Positions 30,701 through 43,676 of a stretch of 64,000 bases of DNA are shown here, in pieces. Source of the stretch: Penicillus capitatus (lineage: Eukaryota; Plantae; Chlorophyta); the NCBI GenBank assembly GCA_965649825.1, contig OZ287705.1, forward strand, positions 954,314-1,018,313. The letters are read 5' to 3'. Within the stretch, counting starts at the first letter, position 1; every line of letters begins with the position of its first letter. Both the position numbers and the translations under genes were made by a program. The notes beneath the pieces are model-generated. The model did no database searches. It saw only the letters and a program-made list of their open reading frames with translations, and was not told where the DNA came from.

Positions 30701-33017
30701 CTGTTGCTCCGCGTTTCTCTCCGATCCACGATCATCGCACTCGACAGATCGATCCACACAAGGATACCTTGATCTTGGCAGACCACGACCATGGAACGGC
30801 CGCTGGCATCGACAGAGAAGCAGATGTCCAGACATGGACAGTAATAGGAGGTAAGGGTGGCAATGTGACGGTAGACACAGACATTCTCGAGCTTCCAATG
30901 CAGCACGGACAAGTCTCCCATGCAGGTCACGATGCTGAGGCCATCCTCTGAGAGAGCAAAGTGACAGAAGCGATTCTTGGCGCTCTCAACCTTGAAGTAA
31001 TTGGACGGTTCTGTCTGCCATAGACTTCTGCCTTCCTGTCGTGCGTTCATACGGTTCAGGACATACTGACGTTGTTGAAACAGTTTCCAGACAGTCGTGC
31101 ATTCGGAGTTGAAACGCATGACTGCGATGGTACTGCCATCGATTGAGAATTTAGAAATGCTCTTTCCGATGTGGATATCATCATCTGCAGCTTTGAGGAT
31201 GTAATGCGATCGAAGGGCGGCATTGAATCCCCTCAGAACGGAGGGAGACCACAGAGACATGAGACTCTTGCCAACAAAGAGCAGTTTGGTGGCTTGCGTG
31301 CTAAAGCAGAAATCCATCCCCGAGAACTGCTCGACCTTGTCTTCCGGTATCTTGATACGCAAGACCTCCACGCCTTCACAGACATTCCAGATCACACCAT
31401 TACGACAGGCCGATGCGTAAACCCCCAGCCACTGGCCATTTTTCGACACCGAAATCGCCTCAACTCCATGAACGCTGTCGATTTGCTTCACATCGTCGCT
31501 CATCATTCTCATGGCACTAGGACAAATGTCTCGTCCGACGAATCCTGTATTCAGGACATGAATCGGCGTCTGCGTCTTGAGCTGCCAGACAATGACTTTG
31601 AGGGTATCGGTAACACAGCACGACACCAATCCCAACTGATCTCTCAGTCGAATGAAGTCGCAGGTATGGATGTTGCCTTCGTTGGGATCGCCAAGAATTA
31701 TGGGCTCTGGCGACTGATAGTAAGGATGGTTCCATCTGGACCTTCCCGGGTCAATGGGCGTTCTCCCCAAATTGTCCAAGTCCCATACGTAACAGTTGCT
31801 GTCGTTGAATTGCTCTCCCGAGGCCAACAGGCCGTGCCATGTGACAAGGAATCCATCTCCCTGGCTGAAACGACCTCTGGTGCCCTGAAGCTGATAGCTG
31901 GCGACATCGCCTTCCTCAAGAGAGGGCCACAAAACCACATATCCTTGCACCAGCTCGTACACCGTCAGCAGCAGACATCGCGATGTACGACTAAACAGAA
32001 TCAAATCCACCAGTCGTTCGGCGCCGACCCAAGGTTCGTCGATCTGAACCGGCAACACCAGCATGGGATCGACTTTGCGTGTGACATCGTTAACAACGGC
32101 GTCTGTTTCAAAGATAAAGATAATGGAATAGAGCTTGAACGCACCGGAGCGTTCCTGTTGATGGCGGCTGGGCGAAAAGATATCTGCATTGTCAGGTTCG
32201 ACATAAGTATAGATGGGGAATCCCAGATAACGCCCATCCGATGAGAGACGCGGCACGGCCAGTTCCTTCCCAACATAACTGCAATCGTCCCACGATGGGG
32301 CACAGTGCGATTCGGTGTAGCGCACGGGGTAGGTGTTGAGATTCCACTTGACACAGTGGCCGTCCAGATCCACCGAAACCAGGATGGGAGGATTGTTCTG
32401 CAAGAAGGCCACATCCGCAATGCGAAATTCGTGAGGTCCCTTGAGTGTCATGGCCAGAGATCCACGAATTGCATCCCATACCAGTAGACTGCCATTTGAC
32501 ATTCCGCACACGATATAACGATCATCGTGTGAGAAAGTGTAACATGTCGTTTTGAGTTTCTCGATTTTGAAGCTCATGAGACGCTGAGGCGCCAGTTGAC
32601 GGTTGTTGAGTATAGGAGGATCTGCCACATCTTTTGACCACACTTTGCGAATGCTCAACCCTGGATGTCCCGATTCTTGTGAGATTTGTGCCCCGACGGT
32701 GTCTAATATGAAGACTGGACAACCATTGATGATCTCATAATCATCGCAGAAATAAAGAGTTGTGTCCAAAGGAAGCTTCGCCTCGTAGTCTGCAGAAAAT
32801 GAGAAGGGCATGTATGATCATAAAGTGCACTACCTGGTCTTCTTCGTTGTGTCTCGGCGGCCAAGCTGTGGTTGATGCGTCTCCTGTACATTCTGTTGAC
32901 TTCTCGACGAAGCATCGTCCATAACTGCTCGATGTAGTAGCTGGCTTCCACACGAGCGGCATCGTAACGTTCATTGGCGTAGTCCAAAGCTGCGCCCAGT
33001 TTGCGCAGAGTCGCCAT
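27758..33017 (-). CDS. WD40-repeat protein fused to a TRP-type six-transmembrane cation channel
   Basis: A 1034-aa exon with WD repeats (TFSHDDRYIVCGMSNGSLLVWD; VRIWDV). C-terminal channel region LLWVKLLYYAQAFKSTGPMVVMIREI...LLNLLIAIMGDSFDRV and a terminal coiled coil. Confidence 0.85.
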
Positions 33018-33425
33018 GGGATTCTACTACCGCACTGTAGAAACACGCTGCGAGTTTCTATTTGCAAACAGACAGGGCCTATTGCGAAACTGGGATCGTC
33101 TGTGAGGTAACACGATGGCGCAAAACCAGCGAAACGTGGGAAAGGAGTTTGTTCGTAACAGACAGAGACTGATATTCTGTTGCAGACGGAGCGCACAGCG
33201 AAAAGGACATATATAGGGGACGTAGAATCTGTGAGAACAGGTTTCGTGGCAGTTTCCAAAGGTGGAACTATGCGTCAGACAACGCCTCTTTGGTGATGAC
33301 GTCCCCCTACTTCCCCGACTTGACAGTGAGAAAATGAGGTGTGGGAGTGTGTTGGCTCAGGTTCGCTGTCGCGTGTTTTGCAAATAAACCAAACGTCCCA
33401 TCAATACGAACCCTGCAAGCAGGTA

Positions 33426-35174
33426 ATGGAGAAGGGGCTCATCGCCTGGATCCAGGGTGAAGGTGGATATGTCCACCCGGCGATTGACCTTTTTGCCGAG
33501 AAGGCAGAGCGTCGAGATCGCGGTGTCGTTGCTCGTCAAAAGATAGAGAAGGACGAGCAGCTGCTTCTGATACCCGAGAAATGCGCCCTGTACTTTCCCG
33601 ACCGTCTCTCGCTGTTTCACACGGTTTTGAGTATAAAAACGTGCGCTGTAGTTAAGGGAATGACCAGAGGGAAGACGCGTGTTGGATGCGAGGGCGAAGT
33701 CATGAAAGTTTTGGACGAGGAAGGATCCACACTTACACCCTTCCTCCTGACGCTTCTTCTGTTTCTAAGAGAAACGGCACAGGGATCGCCTTCCCATTTT
33801 GGCGCCTATATCCAGACACTACCTACCGAACCTCCTCCATCGCTCATAACCTGGTCCATCAATGAGCGCAAACTGCTCCGTGGTTCATGCACCAAAAAAC
33901 TGCTCATGGCTTGATAAGGCATACAGGGACAAGTTTGGAGAGAAATGCAGATCGTCAGCTTCTGGAAGAAGCCTTCGACAGTCAATTGTTGCCCCTGATG
34001 AAGAGACATCCTGATCTGTGGCCCTCCGATATCTGCGATATGGATCGGATGCGATCGGCAGCCGCAATGATTCAGTCGCGGGTCTTTCACATGAAAGAAG
34101 AGAACTGGATCACCAATACCGTACAATGACCTGCCTGATGTGCAGCACTCAACATGAGTCGTGATCAGGTGCATGAAGGCACGACCCTCTATCTCATTCC
34201 CGGAATCGATATGATCAATCACTCACACGACGACGACGCCATCAACACAGAACTGATGAAGTGCAAGGACTGCACTTCGGTGGAGTTGGGAGACGGACGT
34301 CGAGTCGACGTCGAAGGCTATTTCGCCATGAAAGCAGGTGAATACATGCGATCTCTGCACAGGTCGTGCTCATCCCACTGTGCGCTATAGACCGTGCGAT
34401 CGAAGCAGGAGAAGAAATTTTGCACAGTTATGGAGATCTGAGTCGTGCTGCTTTGCTCAGGATCTATGGTTTCGTCCCCGACGAGGACACCCCTAACCGT
34501 CACGATTTCCTTGTCGTTACCTATCCGCTGATCAAGGCCGCAGCCGAGGCCGTTATCCAAAAGTGCTCACAGATAATCTAGGCATCTATCAACGCAGTGC
34601 CGTTTGGCATTAGACAGCAGTGGTCCATACAGGACATGACTGTACGCGAGGCCTTTCTCTCAAAGCAATGGCAGGAAGACATCGGCACCGTAGAGGATAT
34701 CGAGTTTCATGTCACACTGGAAGATATCCTGCCCGCGAAGCTCTTGACGATTATCCAAGTCCTCCTTCTCCCAGACGAGGACTTTCAGGCAATGCAGGAG
34801 GAGCAAGAAGCAGAAGAGAGCATGGAAATGCATCCCTTTGAACTCGGGCTCGACTATGTCGACGATTCTGCATGGTCCGATATGGTCATGCTCAGTCTTA
34901 TCGAGGTTGGTCTTCCTGAAGACACTCGTTCGATTCGACTGCTGTGTAGATCATCGAACGGCTCAAGAACAGGGCTCCTTCGTTCTTGGATGTCGACCAG
35001 GAAGTCGAAAAGGGTATGTTACGTCAACCTTGTGTCTGCCTGGCGAGGTCTCTAGCCAACAGTGAGAAAGATCTGCTGACGGCACAGTGGAGATCGATCG
35101 TGGCGCTCATGCAGAGGGACGACGACGGCGACGAGCTTTCCAGCGATGCATCTCGTAGTTCTTCCCCTCCGTAA
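33426..35174 (+). CDS. SET-domain lysine methyltransferase (SETD6/Rubisco-LSMT type)
   Basis: RGVVARQKIEKDEQLLLIP, PGIDMINH and AGEEILHSYGDLSRAALLRIYGF. Confidence 0.88.
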
Positions 35175-35896
35175 ACGCGCTCGACGGATTTGGATAACCG
35201 ACGATCGTATGCGTCCTCGTCAGAGTGCTCATTGTGTTGCTATAATGCTATGAGAAGTCATTGAATTTTTGTTAAAGCCAGCGCGGACAAACGTCACATC
35301 ATATACAACAGCCACGGATACGTTCTTTTGCTAAGTGTTCACGTTTCTCGTGTGAGTCCCCGAGAAAACTCACAGCGTTTTGTGTGAGCAATCAGAGCGT
35401 GTGAGAATTGATCTTTCTGAGAAGGTAGAAAGAACATGACCGTCGGAAAACAGTCGCATCATTTTGACCTACCGTTTCGCCCCTCCCGCGTATCGTTCGC
35501 ATCGGCGTCGTGTCAATCTTTCGCCAAAAACCTCGGTGCTGAGTACAATCGCCGCGAATTCTTGCCGAGACGCTGTTCATGCGCCTTCGTTTTGACTCTG
35601 CGATGCGATGGCCCATTAAAATGATGCATGCTCAACCCTGTGTTCGGTGACGGCGCTGTCTCCATGCCTTGAGCGGTGACATTCAATTCCGCGGCGGCGT
35701 TCGTTGCGCGACAATGCGTTGAAAAATGTCGCCGTGCAGCTTTGGCGGACACGCGGCAACATGCCCCCGCTGAGCTGTCCTGTCGAAATCGATCCTTCAC
35801 AGTGCTGTACGCGGCGGTTCCTCTGTGCGCCCGTCTTCTTTCATGTTTTCGCAGAAACTCCGACTGCTAAGAAGGAATACGTTGTTCTAGAGTGCC

Positions 35897-36933
35897 ATGA
35901 CTGAGATAATAGAAGTCTGCTCCCTTGTGGAAGGAGCGTGGTTCGACGTCGTCTCTGGGGAATGCTCCATCGCCTGGGTCCTTGGAAAACCACATGTTCG
36001 CATTAAATTCATGTTCGGACCGAATGAACACGCGGCCTGTGACTCGGTCGTTGTACTCTAGGGCGTTTGCTTACAACGAGTGCGAGTATTTTGGTTTCCA
36101 CCACCTCTTTCAAAAGCGTTTTCGGCATCCTCTAACGTAGAAGGACGACGGTAAAAGAACGAAGGACGGTATTCCATTTGTTTGTGCGTTTCAGGCTTGT
36201 CGAGTTAGACACCCCTTTGGAAATTGGCCAAAAGGTCGTGGGCCTCGCAAAATCCGAAAATGAACAAAAGTGGTGAGCGACACCGTTGTCTTGGCCAGTC
36301 GCCCGCCTTACGTCTCGTGTACAATTAGGTTTGACGCGTCGATAGAGAAAATCGTTCAACGAGATGGTAACGTGCCTTCGGGAGAGCATACATATCAAAC
36401 TATTGGGCTGTAATACAGGAGACGTTCTCGTTACGGTGGATTGGTGCTTGGGAATGTACGTTTACGTGTTTGGTACGCCAATTGGAAGAGTCTTATCAGT
36501 GGTGAACGGTGATATCGGGTTGCCTTCTGAACCCCTTGATCCTTATACGCACCCCGTTATCAGTCAATGGACGCAAGCGTTGTCGGAGCTTTCTGGATTG
36601 CAAGAGAAATTCGAGAACAGAGAAGATCGAATTCCTCTCGAGCCTCAACCGCAACCCGTTTCCAAGATTGCAATGGAACCGATCGAGAAATGGACTCCTG
36701 CTTCTCTCTCGGTACGCAAAAGGGCAAGTTTGCGTACAGGAGAGAAAAAAACTAAGAAACCGAAGAATAATAAGAATTCTGTACGCGACGAACAATCGGA
36801 ATCGGTAATGGAACAAAACAGTGCGAGCAAAGATAGTTTTATGGCCTCTGGAAGTGGTTCCGTGGGCCTTGAATCTGCACAAGTTGGTGATATGCCCATG
36901 GGCGACATCGAAAGACTCGAAGTCGTCCCATAA
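35897..36933 (+). CDS. SAWADEE-like tandem-Tudor protein built from micro-exons
   Basis: Removing GT-AG introns 36013-36061, 36137-36194, 36273-36328 and 36367-36418 gives an uninterrupted frame: MTEIIEVCSLVEGAWFDV...HVRIKFMAFAYNECEYF...LEIGQKVVGLAKSENEQKWFDASIEKIVQRDGDVLVTVDW. Confidence 0.7.
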
Positions 36934-37949
36934 ATTATCAAACATTTAACCGCAAGTCTTCTCTCAGTACAGTTCTTTTACGGTTAAGAACAGCAATTCA
37001 TTTTTTTTTTCTTTTCTTTAGTCGAACTATTGATGGAAGTAAACACTTGTGGGTATGCATTACGCTTACAACATAAGTAAGATTGACAGTACAAAGCTTT
37101 CTGTGGGCAAAGATCCCAACTTGCCGTCGCCCGTTATATAATCGATTCTTTCTGAAATTAAAAAGTATTCTTTACACGCTGGTTAGTCGTACAGCTCCCG
37201 CGAAACCCAATTTCTAATCCAGTGCTTGTTGCCTTTTTATTACTCGAAGCTCGAGACGCGGCACAATTGGGGTGTTGATGATGTGACCGCCTCCCATTTC
37301 CTATGTCTAGTTTTTGACGATTCACAAAAAGCTTTAATCAGTCCTTTGTCTTTTCAAGCGCCACTGGATTGCAGTCAGTGGATTTTTAAACAGGGCCATT
37401 ATCATTATCCATCCATACACTATGAGTTCTTGTATCGTCTAACCGATCACGTATCGTGTCTTTTAGCAAACCTCAACGAAGTTAACAAAAACTCCACGTG
37501 TACGTTTTAAGTCGTTGAGAGCCGTAGAAAAATATCAATCTCAAACTTTAGAGGAACGGAATGGTTGCGAAGGTCGAGTGCGCTCAAGGGTGTGAAGTAA
37601 TCGTAAGGAAACCTAGGTTTTGTTATCTTAGTCACTTAGCCTTCACTTGAGTTCAGCGGCGGTCTTACGATTATCGAACACGAAATCAAAGATATTGGAA
37701 ACGGTGTTACTTTGATTTGATTTGATTAAACAGCCCGATCGACGTCAGCGTTACCAAGACGGCTCAGTTTATCCGATTCGTCGATCGGCAGCGAAAACGC
37801 TTAGAAAAGCCGATGGAGCAAAATGATAAAACCGCAGACGTTACGGCGCATGACGATGAGAACGTCGCTGTCACTCTTACACGACCACGGACGCGACACA
37901 TTAGTCAGACAGAGGATCGCTTAAGCTCGCGTCCGCGGAAAGAAGGCGT

Positions 37950-39428
37950 TCATCGTCCAAACTTCGCATCTCTTCGGTTTTGGCTATAGTACTTGCGCGA
38001 AGTGACACTATCTTCCAACTTGCGTTCTCCTTTGCTAACCCACTTGGCAACAGCACTTGCCATTTCATGTGCTGCACCCCGACCATCATTATCCATTCTC
38101 TTCATTTTCTCCTTTAAAGCGTCCAATTCTGCCTGATCTCTTTTCTCTGCCCGTGCGATCTTCTCCGTGGCATGTTGATGACGAGAAGCGGCATCGTGTG
38201 TCATCTGAGCCAATCGTGCAGCTTTTTCATCTTCGGAGAGTCGACCGACACGATGCGTACGTCGATGATACCTGATGAACATGAGGCTCATTCAAAAACG
38301 GCATGGCTGAGGGAAAGGGACCTTTCAGACTCTTCCTTCTGCCTTTTCGCTGCGTTACGTTCTTCCGCTTCTCTGATGCGCCTCTTCGTCTCCTCTGCTC
38401 GTTTCGTAAGCGTCGCTTCGTTGTCTGCGTGGAAGGAAGAGACTTTGAGACCATATCTGCCGTCGCATGCGTGATCAGATTGTGTAGGAGACGAAGCATT
38501 CTTTCTATACCCTTCTCGATGTCTGGGACGGGTAGGTGAAAGGGAACGCTCCGGTCGTTTTCGTTTGGATCCAGATTCAAACTCTGTGTGATGAGGAGAC
38601 CGTGTCCTCTCTTCTCTTATACGACTCTGGCGTTTTTGCAGTTCCTTGATTTCTTTCTTCAGCTTCTTCTTCTCCCTCTTCATCTCTTTCACCTTCTTCA
38701 CCTGCTCTCACATCCGATGTGACGTTCAAAGCCATGCCGTCCATCACACCAATCGCCCTACCTCTTTCTTAATGCGCTCCATCTGAACTGGATTCTGTCT
38801 TATTCTTTTGATCGCCTCTTGCTCTTGTCTCCTGATCTGCACAAACAGTTCCGAATCTCAGCGGCCTATCGTGCCGTATCCTCCGTTTCACCATCATCAA
38901 CGGGTCATTGTTGAGCCGAGACCATGCTTCATTCGCAGAATGTGGGGTGTCATCCACATAGAAAGAAGGCAAAACGGCTGCACGCTCCACCTGCCAATCG
39001 CATTTCTCATCGCATCACTAGCCAGCACATTCATTGCCGGACTCTAGAGATGGTTTCGTGTGGTGTGTCCAGCACAGCGGGTTTGGACATCTCGTCTGCT
39101 TCGTCCTTCTTACGCTGGGCCTCGGTCTTCTCTACCACACCGCCCCCATACATCCAGTCCAATCGATCTTGTGGTCTACACATGAGCATCTTTTCGTTAG
39201 GGGAGGAAGGAAGTACATAACGTCATGCCTGGCATGTCCTGCCTTCTCTGCCACTTGTTCAAGCTCCTCCAGCTGGCGTTCTTGAGCTATCTGTTTCTGC
39301 AGCTCTTCGAGTCGCGCCTCCTCGCGGGCCGCTTTCTGTTCCCGTTTCCACACTTCCTCGACATTTCGTATAGAACCGGTGTGAAAATGCTTCTTGTTGA
39401 GAAAAGCGAGGGGTCCACCTTTGCCCAT
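37950..39428 (-). CDS. CWC25: Pre-mRNA splicing factor CWC25
   Basis: MGKGGPLAFLNKKHFHTGSIRNVEEVWKREQ N-terminus, NDPLMMVK motif and a Lys/Arg/Glu-rich tail. Confidence 0.92.
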
Positions 39429-39801
39429 TGCACAGTACGATGAACAGGTCACATCAGCCGCGTCGCTTGTGCTTGGTAAATCGGTTCCGCGGACGTTAAC
39501 ACATTCGAAGCCCAAATTCTCTCAGCAAAAATACTCATCACTGCCCAGACTTGCAATACCACAGCCACATTCTCATCGAATTCTTGTATTTGGCGCAAAG
39601 AAACGATGGCGGATGGAGACGTAGAGGTAAGCTCCTTCTCCACAGCTCCGAACGAGACGGAGTGGTTTTGGCCAAGTCACAACGGAGCATAACGCGTGTT
39701 TAACTTCTTAGGTCGTCGCGACGGAAAGCGGTGGGATTTCGGAAGAACCCAGTCGAAAGGGGTTCTTTGGGCACTCCATAAAGGACCGAACGCAAGGAAG
39801 A

Positions 39802-41926
39802 TTGCAACGTTTGAAAAAGTTCCTTCAACATAAAAGACAGGAGGAGTTCAGGACGCCGGTGAATACCGTCCTATCGCTCGTTTGCGATTTGGGCTGTCTG
39901 TCATTCCGAGCATACAACGACCCGAGCAACCCAGGCTTCAACGAACTGACGACAACAGGATGTAGAGTCAGACATCTCAATTAGTAAAGCTCCCCTTATC
40001 TACAGTGTGAGAAGTGTGACATTATTACAGCGACATTTTGAATGCGTCTGTGGAAGGCGTGTTGAAGATTCACCTAGAAAGAGCGGACAACGTCCTTGAC
40101 GCAGACGTCGAACGCCATGAGATCTTACTGTGATGTGACTTGTGTATGCGTGCGTAGTTCGGCCCCGGGCGCAGTGATCCCTACGTCGTTTTCTCGACAG
40201 GCTGGTCCCAAGCTGCGAGTACGACTGTGCAGAACACAGACAACCCTGTCTGGAACTCGACGCATTACCTGCTCATTCGGTTTGCTCTCCTTCGTTCTCC
40301 CCTCTGTTCATGTTGCCTTGCTGCATGGACAGAAAACCAGGGGCCGTTAACAGAGATGATAGTCAGTTGAGAATTCGACTCTTTGATTCGGATATTTCGT
40401 GGGGAGACAATGCAGAGCGCGATTTTCGGCAGTTTCTGATTCGTGACGATTTCTTGGGTTCCGCTTTCGTCAATCTCGAAGAACTGATGCAGCCGGGTGT
40501 TCAGTCGCAAGATGTCGTATTACACCTGGAAGGAGATCACAGAGAACAGAAAACGGTTGTTCACTTTACCACCGAGTTCATGTCCTTTGCCAGTGACCCA
40601 ACCCCGTTCCCATCGTGCCCCTGTCATGTTTTGTACAGATGCCTGTGCTGAGCTTGGCAAAGAAGAACATAGTCATGGTACTTGGGCCGAAAGGGTGGAT
40701 GACGATGGGACGTACAGATGGTCCGAGCTTCCGGTTGATACACATGTGGGTCACATCACCTTTCGGCCTGTCGCTTTCATCAACTGCATGCGGACGGGAA
40801 CGCAGGTAGTCCCCTCGCGCGTCGCCCCTCATCGGAGCGCATCCTGTGTTCAGGTGTGGATACATTGTAATACCAGTGAAAGGGCATTGGCGGTTGCTTT
40901 CAGAGGCACCGAAGCAAATCGGTTGAAAGATTTAATAACAGATCTGAATTTTTTTCCGAGGCGGCTGCAATGGAAGAATGATGGGACATGCACACTCAGA
41001 TTAACAGAGACAGCAATGCTTAGGGGGATTCGTGTCCATTCTGGCTTTCGTGGGGCATACCAATCGATCTGGTCGACACTCTTAACTATTGTGGAGAATA
41101 TCACACACTGGCGACAAAACTGGACCATCTGTTTGACAGGACACTCCTTGGGCGGCGCATTAGCAACACTATGTGCATTTGAATACGCCAATCGACAGTG
41201 AGTGTCCTTCCTTCGCCATCGGCCATGATTTGAAGAGGTCACGTCTGGCTATCACAGAAATGACAGAGGAGAGACGCCACATATCGTCATGATGAATTTC
41301 GGAGCGCCGCGTGTCGGCAACTGCGAATTTGCTCAAAACTATCGAATCACTGTTCCGGAATCTTATCGCATCGTCAATCGTCTCGACATCATTCACAAGA
41401 TTCCTATTTTCTTGAAGCATGTATCACGCGAGATCGCCTTTGAAGAAGATGGCGAAGTGATCGTTGACAAGAGACTGTCCATCAAACTGTTTTCCAAAGT
41501 CTACGATGACGTACGAGTAGATACACCAAGCCCTCTCCCACGCAACCCATCATGCATGTGCTGTAGGATGCGGTCCCTGGTAGCAATGGGTCAGAGGACG
41601 AGGAGGAGATGCCGAAGGCCGAGAAGTTGACAAAAAGAGGTCTCTTCAGGACGCCTGGGTTCAAAGGACACTTTGAGAACTACTACTTCGATGTCGTTAC
41701 CCGTGCCATCGGATCTCTCTTTGAAGAGCAGAAAGAACATCTCCAATACCTGTTGAACGGGATGAAGCAAACGAAGGAACGCAAAGAACAGGCTGACAAA
41801 GACGAAGGCGAATCCTCAGAAGCACATAAACTCTCGACGGTTCAGACCACCACTCCCGAGAGCAGTAATAATCCAGCACCTAACGCTGCCAAGACGTCAC
41901 AGGAAACAAAGGAAAAAAACGTTTGA
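39802..41926 (+). CDS. HIL1-like C2-domain class 3 lipase, copy 3
   Basis: LSFRAYNDP, SDPYVVF...NPVWNSTHYL, DDFLGSAFV, AVAFRGTE, VHSGF, TGHSLGGALA, NFGAPRVGN, RIVNRLDII and KGHFENYY. Confidence 0.9.
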
Positions 41927-42170
41927 GAAGTTTCTTTTATTGTCGAGTGTTGAAGAGCATATTTCATTGAGGTGTGATTTCGAAGAAACTTTTACTTGCC
42001 TTTATACACCTTGTCATTTTGAGTGGCTTTGTTTTCGATTTCTGTCGCATATGATCATGTCTTCCAAAAGGACGAACATTGGCAGCTTCTTAATATCCAC
42101 CGCATGGTTGTATCTGGAACTAGGTTAGCTGTGACATGACAGCCCTTCAGGTGTGACGCGACGCAAAGAA

Positions 42171-43410
42171 ATGTCCTTCTCTGCTGTAACGCGAATTCTG
42201 ACCCGAAAAGATGTGGCTCAGCGCCTCGTCGAAAAGACGGCGAACCAACGATCGCCTTATTTAGCCTTTTTCAGTTCGATTCTTGGAGGCATCGTGCGCG
42301 ATGTCGATCTCATGACAGTGCCGATCGATGATCACCTGGTCCACAGGGGCCACGCTGTTTTTGACACCGCTCTCGGTATCTCACGCTTCTCATTTTCGCA
42401 TAGCATCGTTCGGCAGTTCGCCAAGGGAATGTGTATCAATTGGATCAGCATCTGGAAAGATTTCGGAAATCTGCTACGAGATGCCATTTGTGGAGAGAAT
42501 CGGAATTTCCGGATTTTGTGACTAAGTCCCATCTGAAGTCCATTATCTTGGACACCATACGTGCCGCAGACAAGAAGGATCAGTCTGTGCGTTACTGGCT
42601 GGGGGCTGGCCCTGGAGGATTCGATATTTCGAACCAAGAGTGCCAACGACCTTCCTTCTATGTTGTCTGTCAGCCTCAAAGGTAGCATCACACCCTCAGC
42701 CATGACTTCTGTTTGCTCTTGGCTGTTATCAGAACAATTCCTTCAGCAATGTATGAGAAAGGTGTCACCGTCATAACAACGACGGTGCCGATGAAAGCGC
42801 CTCCCTTCACAAGCATCAAATCGACAAACTATTTGCCAAATGCCATGACGGTGATCGAGGCCAATAGCAAAGGTCCGATGCAAGACCACTCACTCCCTTG
42901 AGGTTTCACTGTGGTCGCAGGGGCGTATATGGGTGTGTGGGTGACGGAAGAAGGCCTCATTGCTGAATGTGCGACATCCAACATCGGTCATGCCGAGTTC
43001 TGTTTGTTAAGGGGTCTCTCACTCTTTTGGCAGGATTTGTCAAGGACGATGTGTTTCTGGTGCCGTCCTTCGATCAGACACTTGCTGGCATCAGCATACA
43101 GCGCATGATGCATTTGGTCAAAACAGAGCTTAAAATGAACGTCATACAACGAGATATGCACATCAGAGAAGGTCTTTCCCATTTCTGCGGCGCTGCGCAA
43201 CGCATGTTTCCAGGGAAGGCAGCAGATGAGGCATTCTTATTCGGCGGAAACATGGGCGCCTTGCCCATTACGCAATGGGATGATCAAATCATTGGAACAG
43301 GCAGAGTGGGGAAACGTGCTCGTGAATTTTTGCACCTCTATCATGAAGACATGCGTCACGGACATGGGAACTCAGATCAGCTGATTCACGTCGAAGGTTT
43401 GTCTCCCTAG
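42171..43410 (+). CDS. Class IV aminotransferase (plant D-amino-acid transaminase / aminodeoxychorismate lyase type)
   Basis: AFFSSILGGIV, MTVPIDDHLVHRGHAVFDT, LDQHLERF, IKSTNYLPN, ADEAFLFG and ITQWDDQIIGTG. Confidence 0.9.
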
Positions 43411-43676
43411 AGACACATTCTTCACAGTTACAAATTGCACACGTTGTCGACTCCATAGATTCTCAGAACAAAAGCACATGTTGAGTAAGAGTGATGGGTG
43501 AGTGGACAAGTAGGATGCATGCCGTGTCATTGACAGTTATCCCAAGAAAGGTCTGATGCTGAGAACGGATGATGGATCGATTCACCTAACAAATGTGCTA
43601 AGGCGTTTTCATCGTCACCAGTACAGCTGCGAGAAAGAAACAAACAAAGTGCTAGGCCATGCACGGAGGTGTGATC

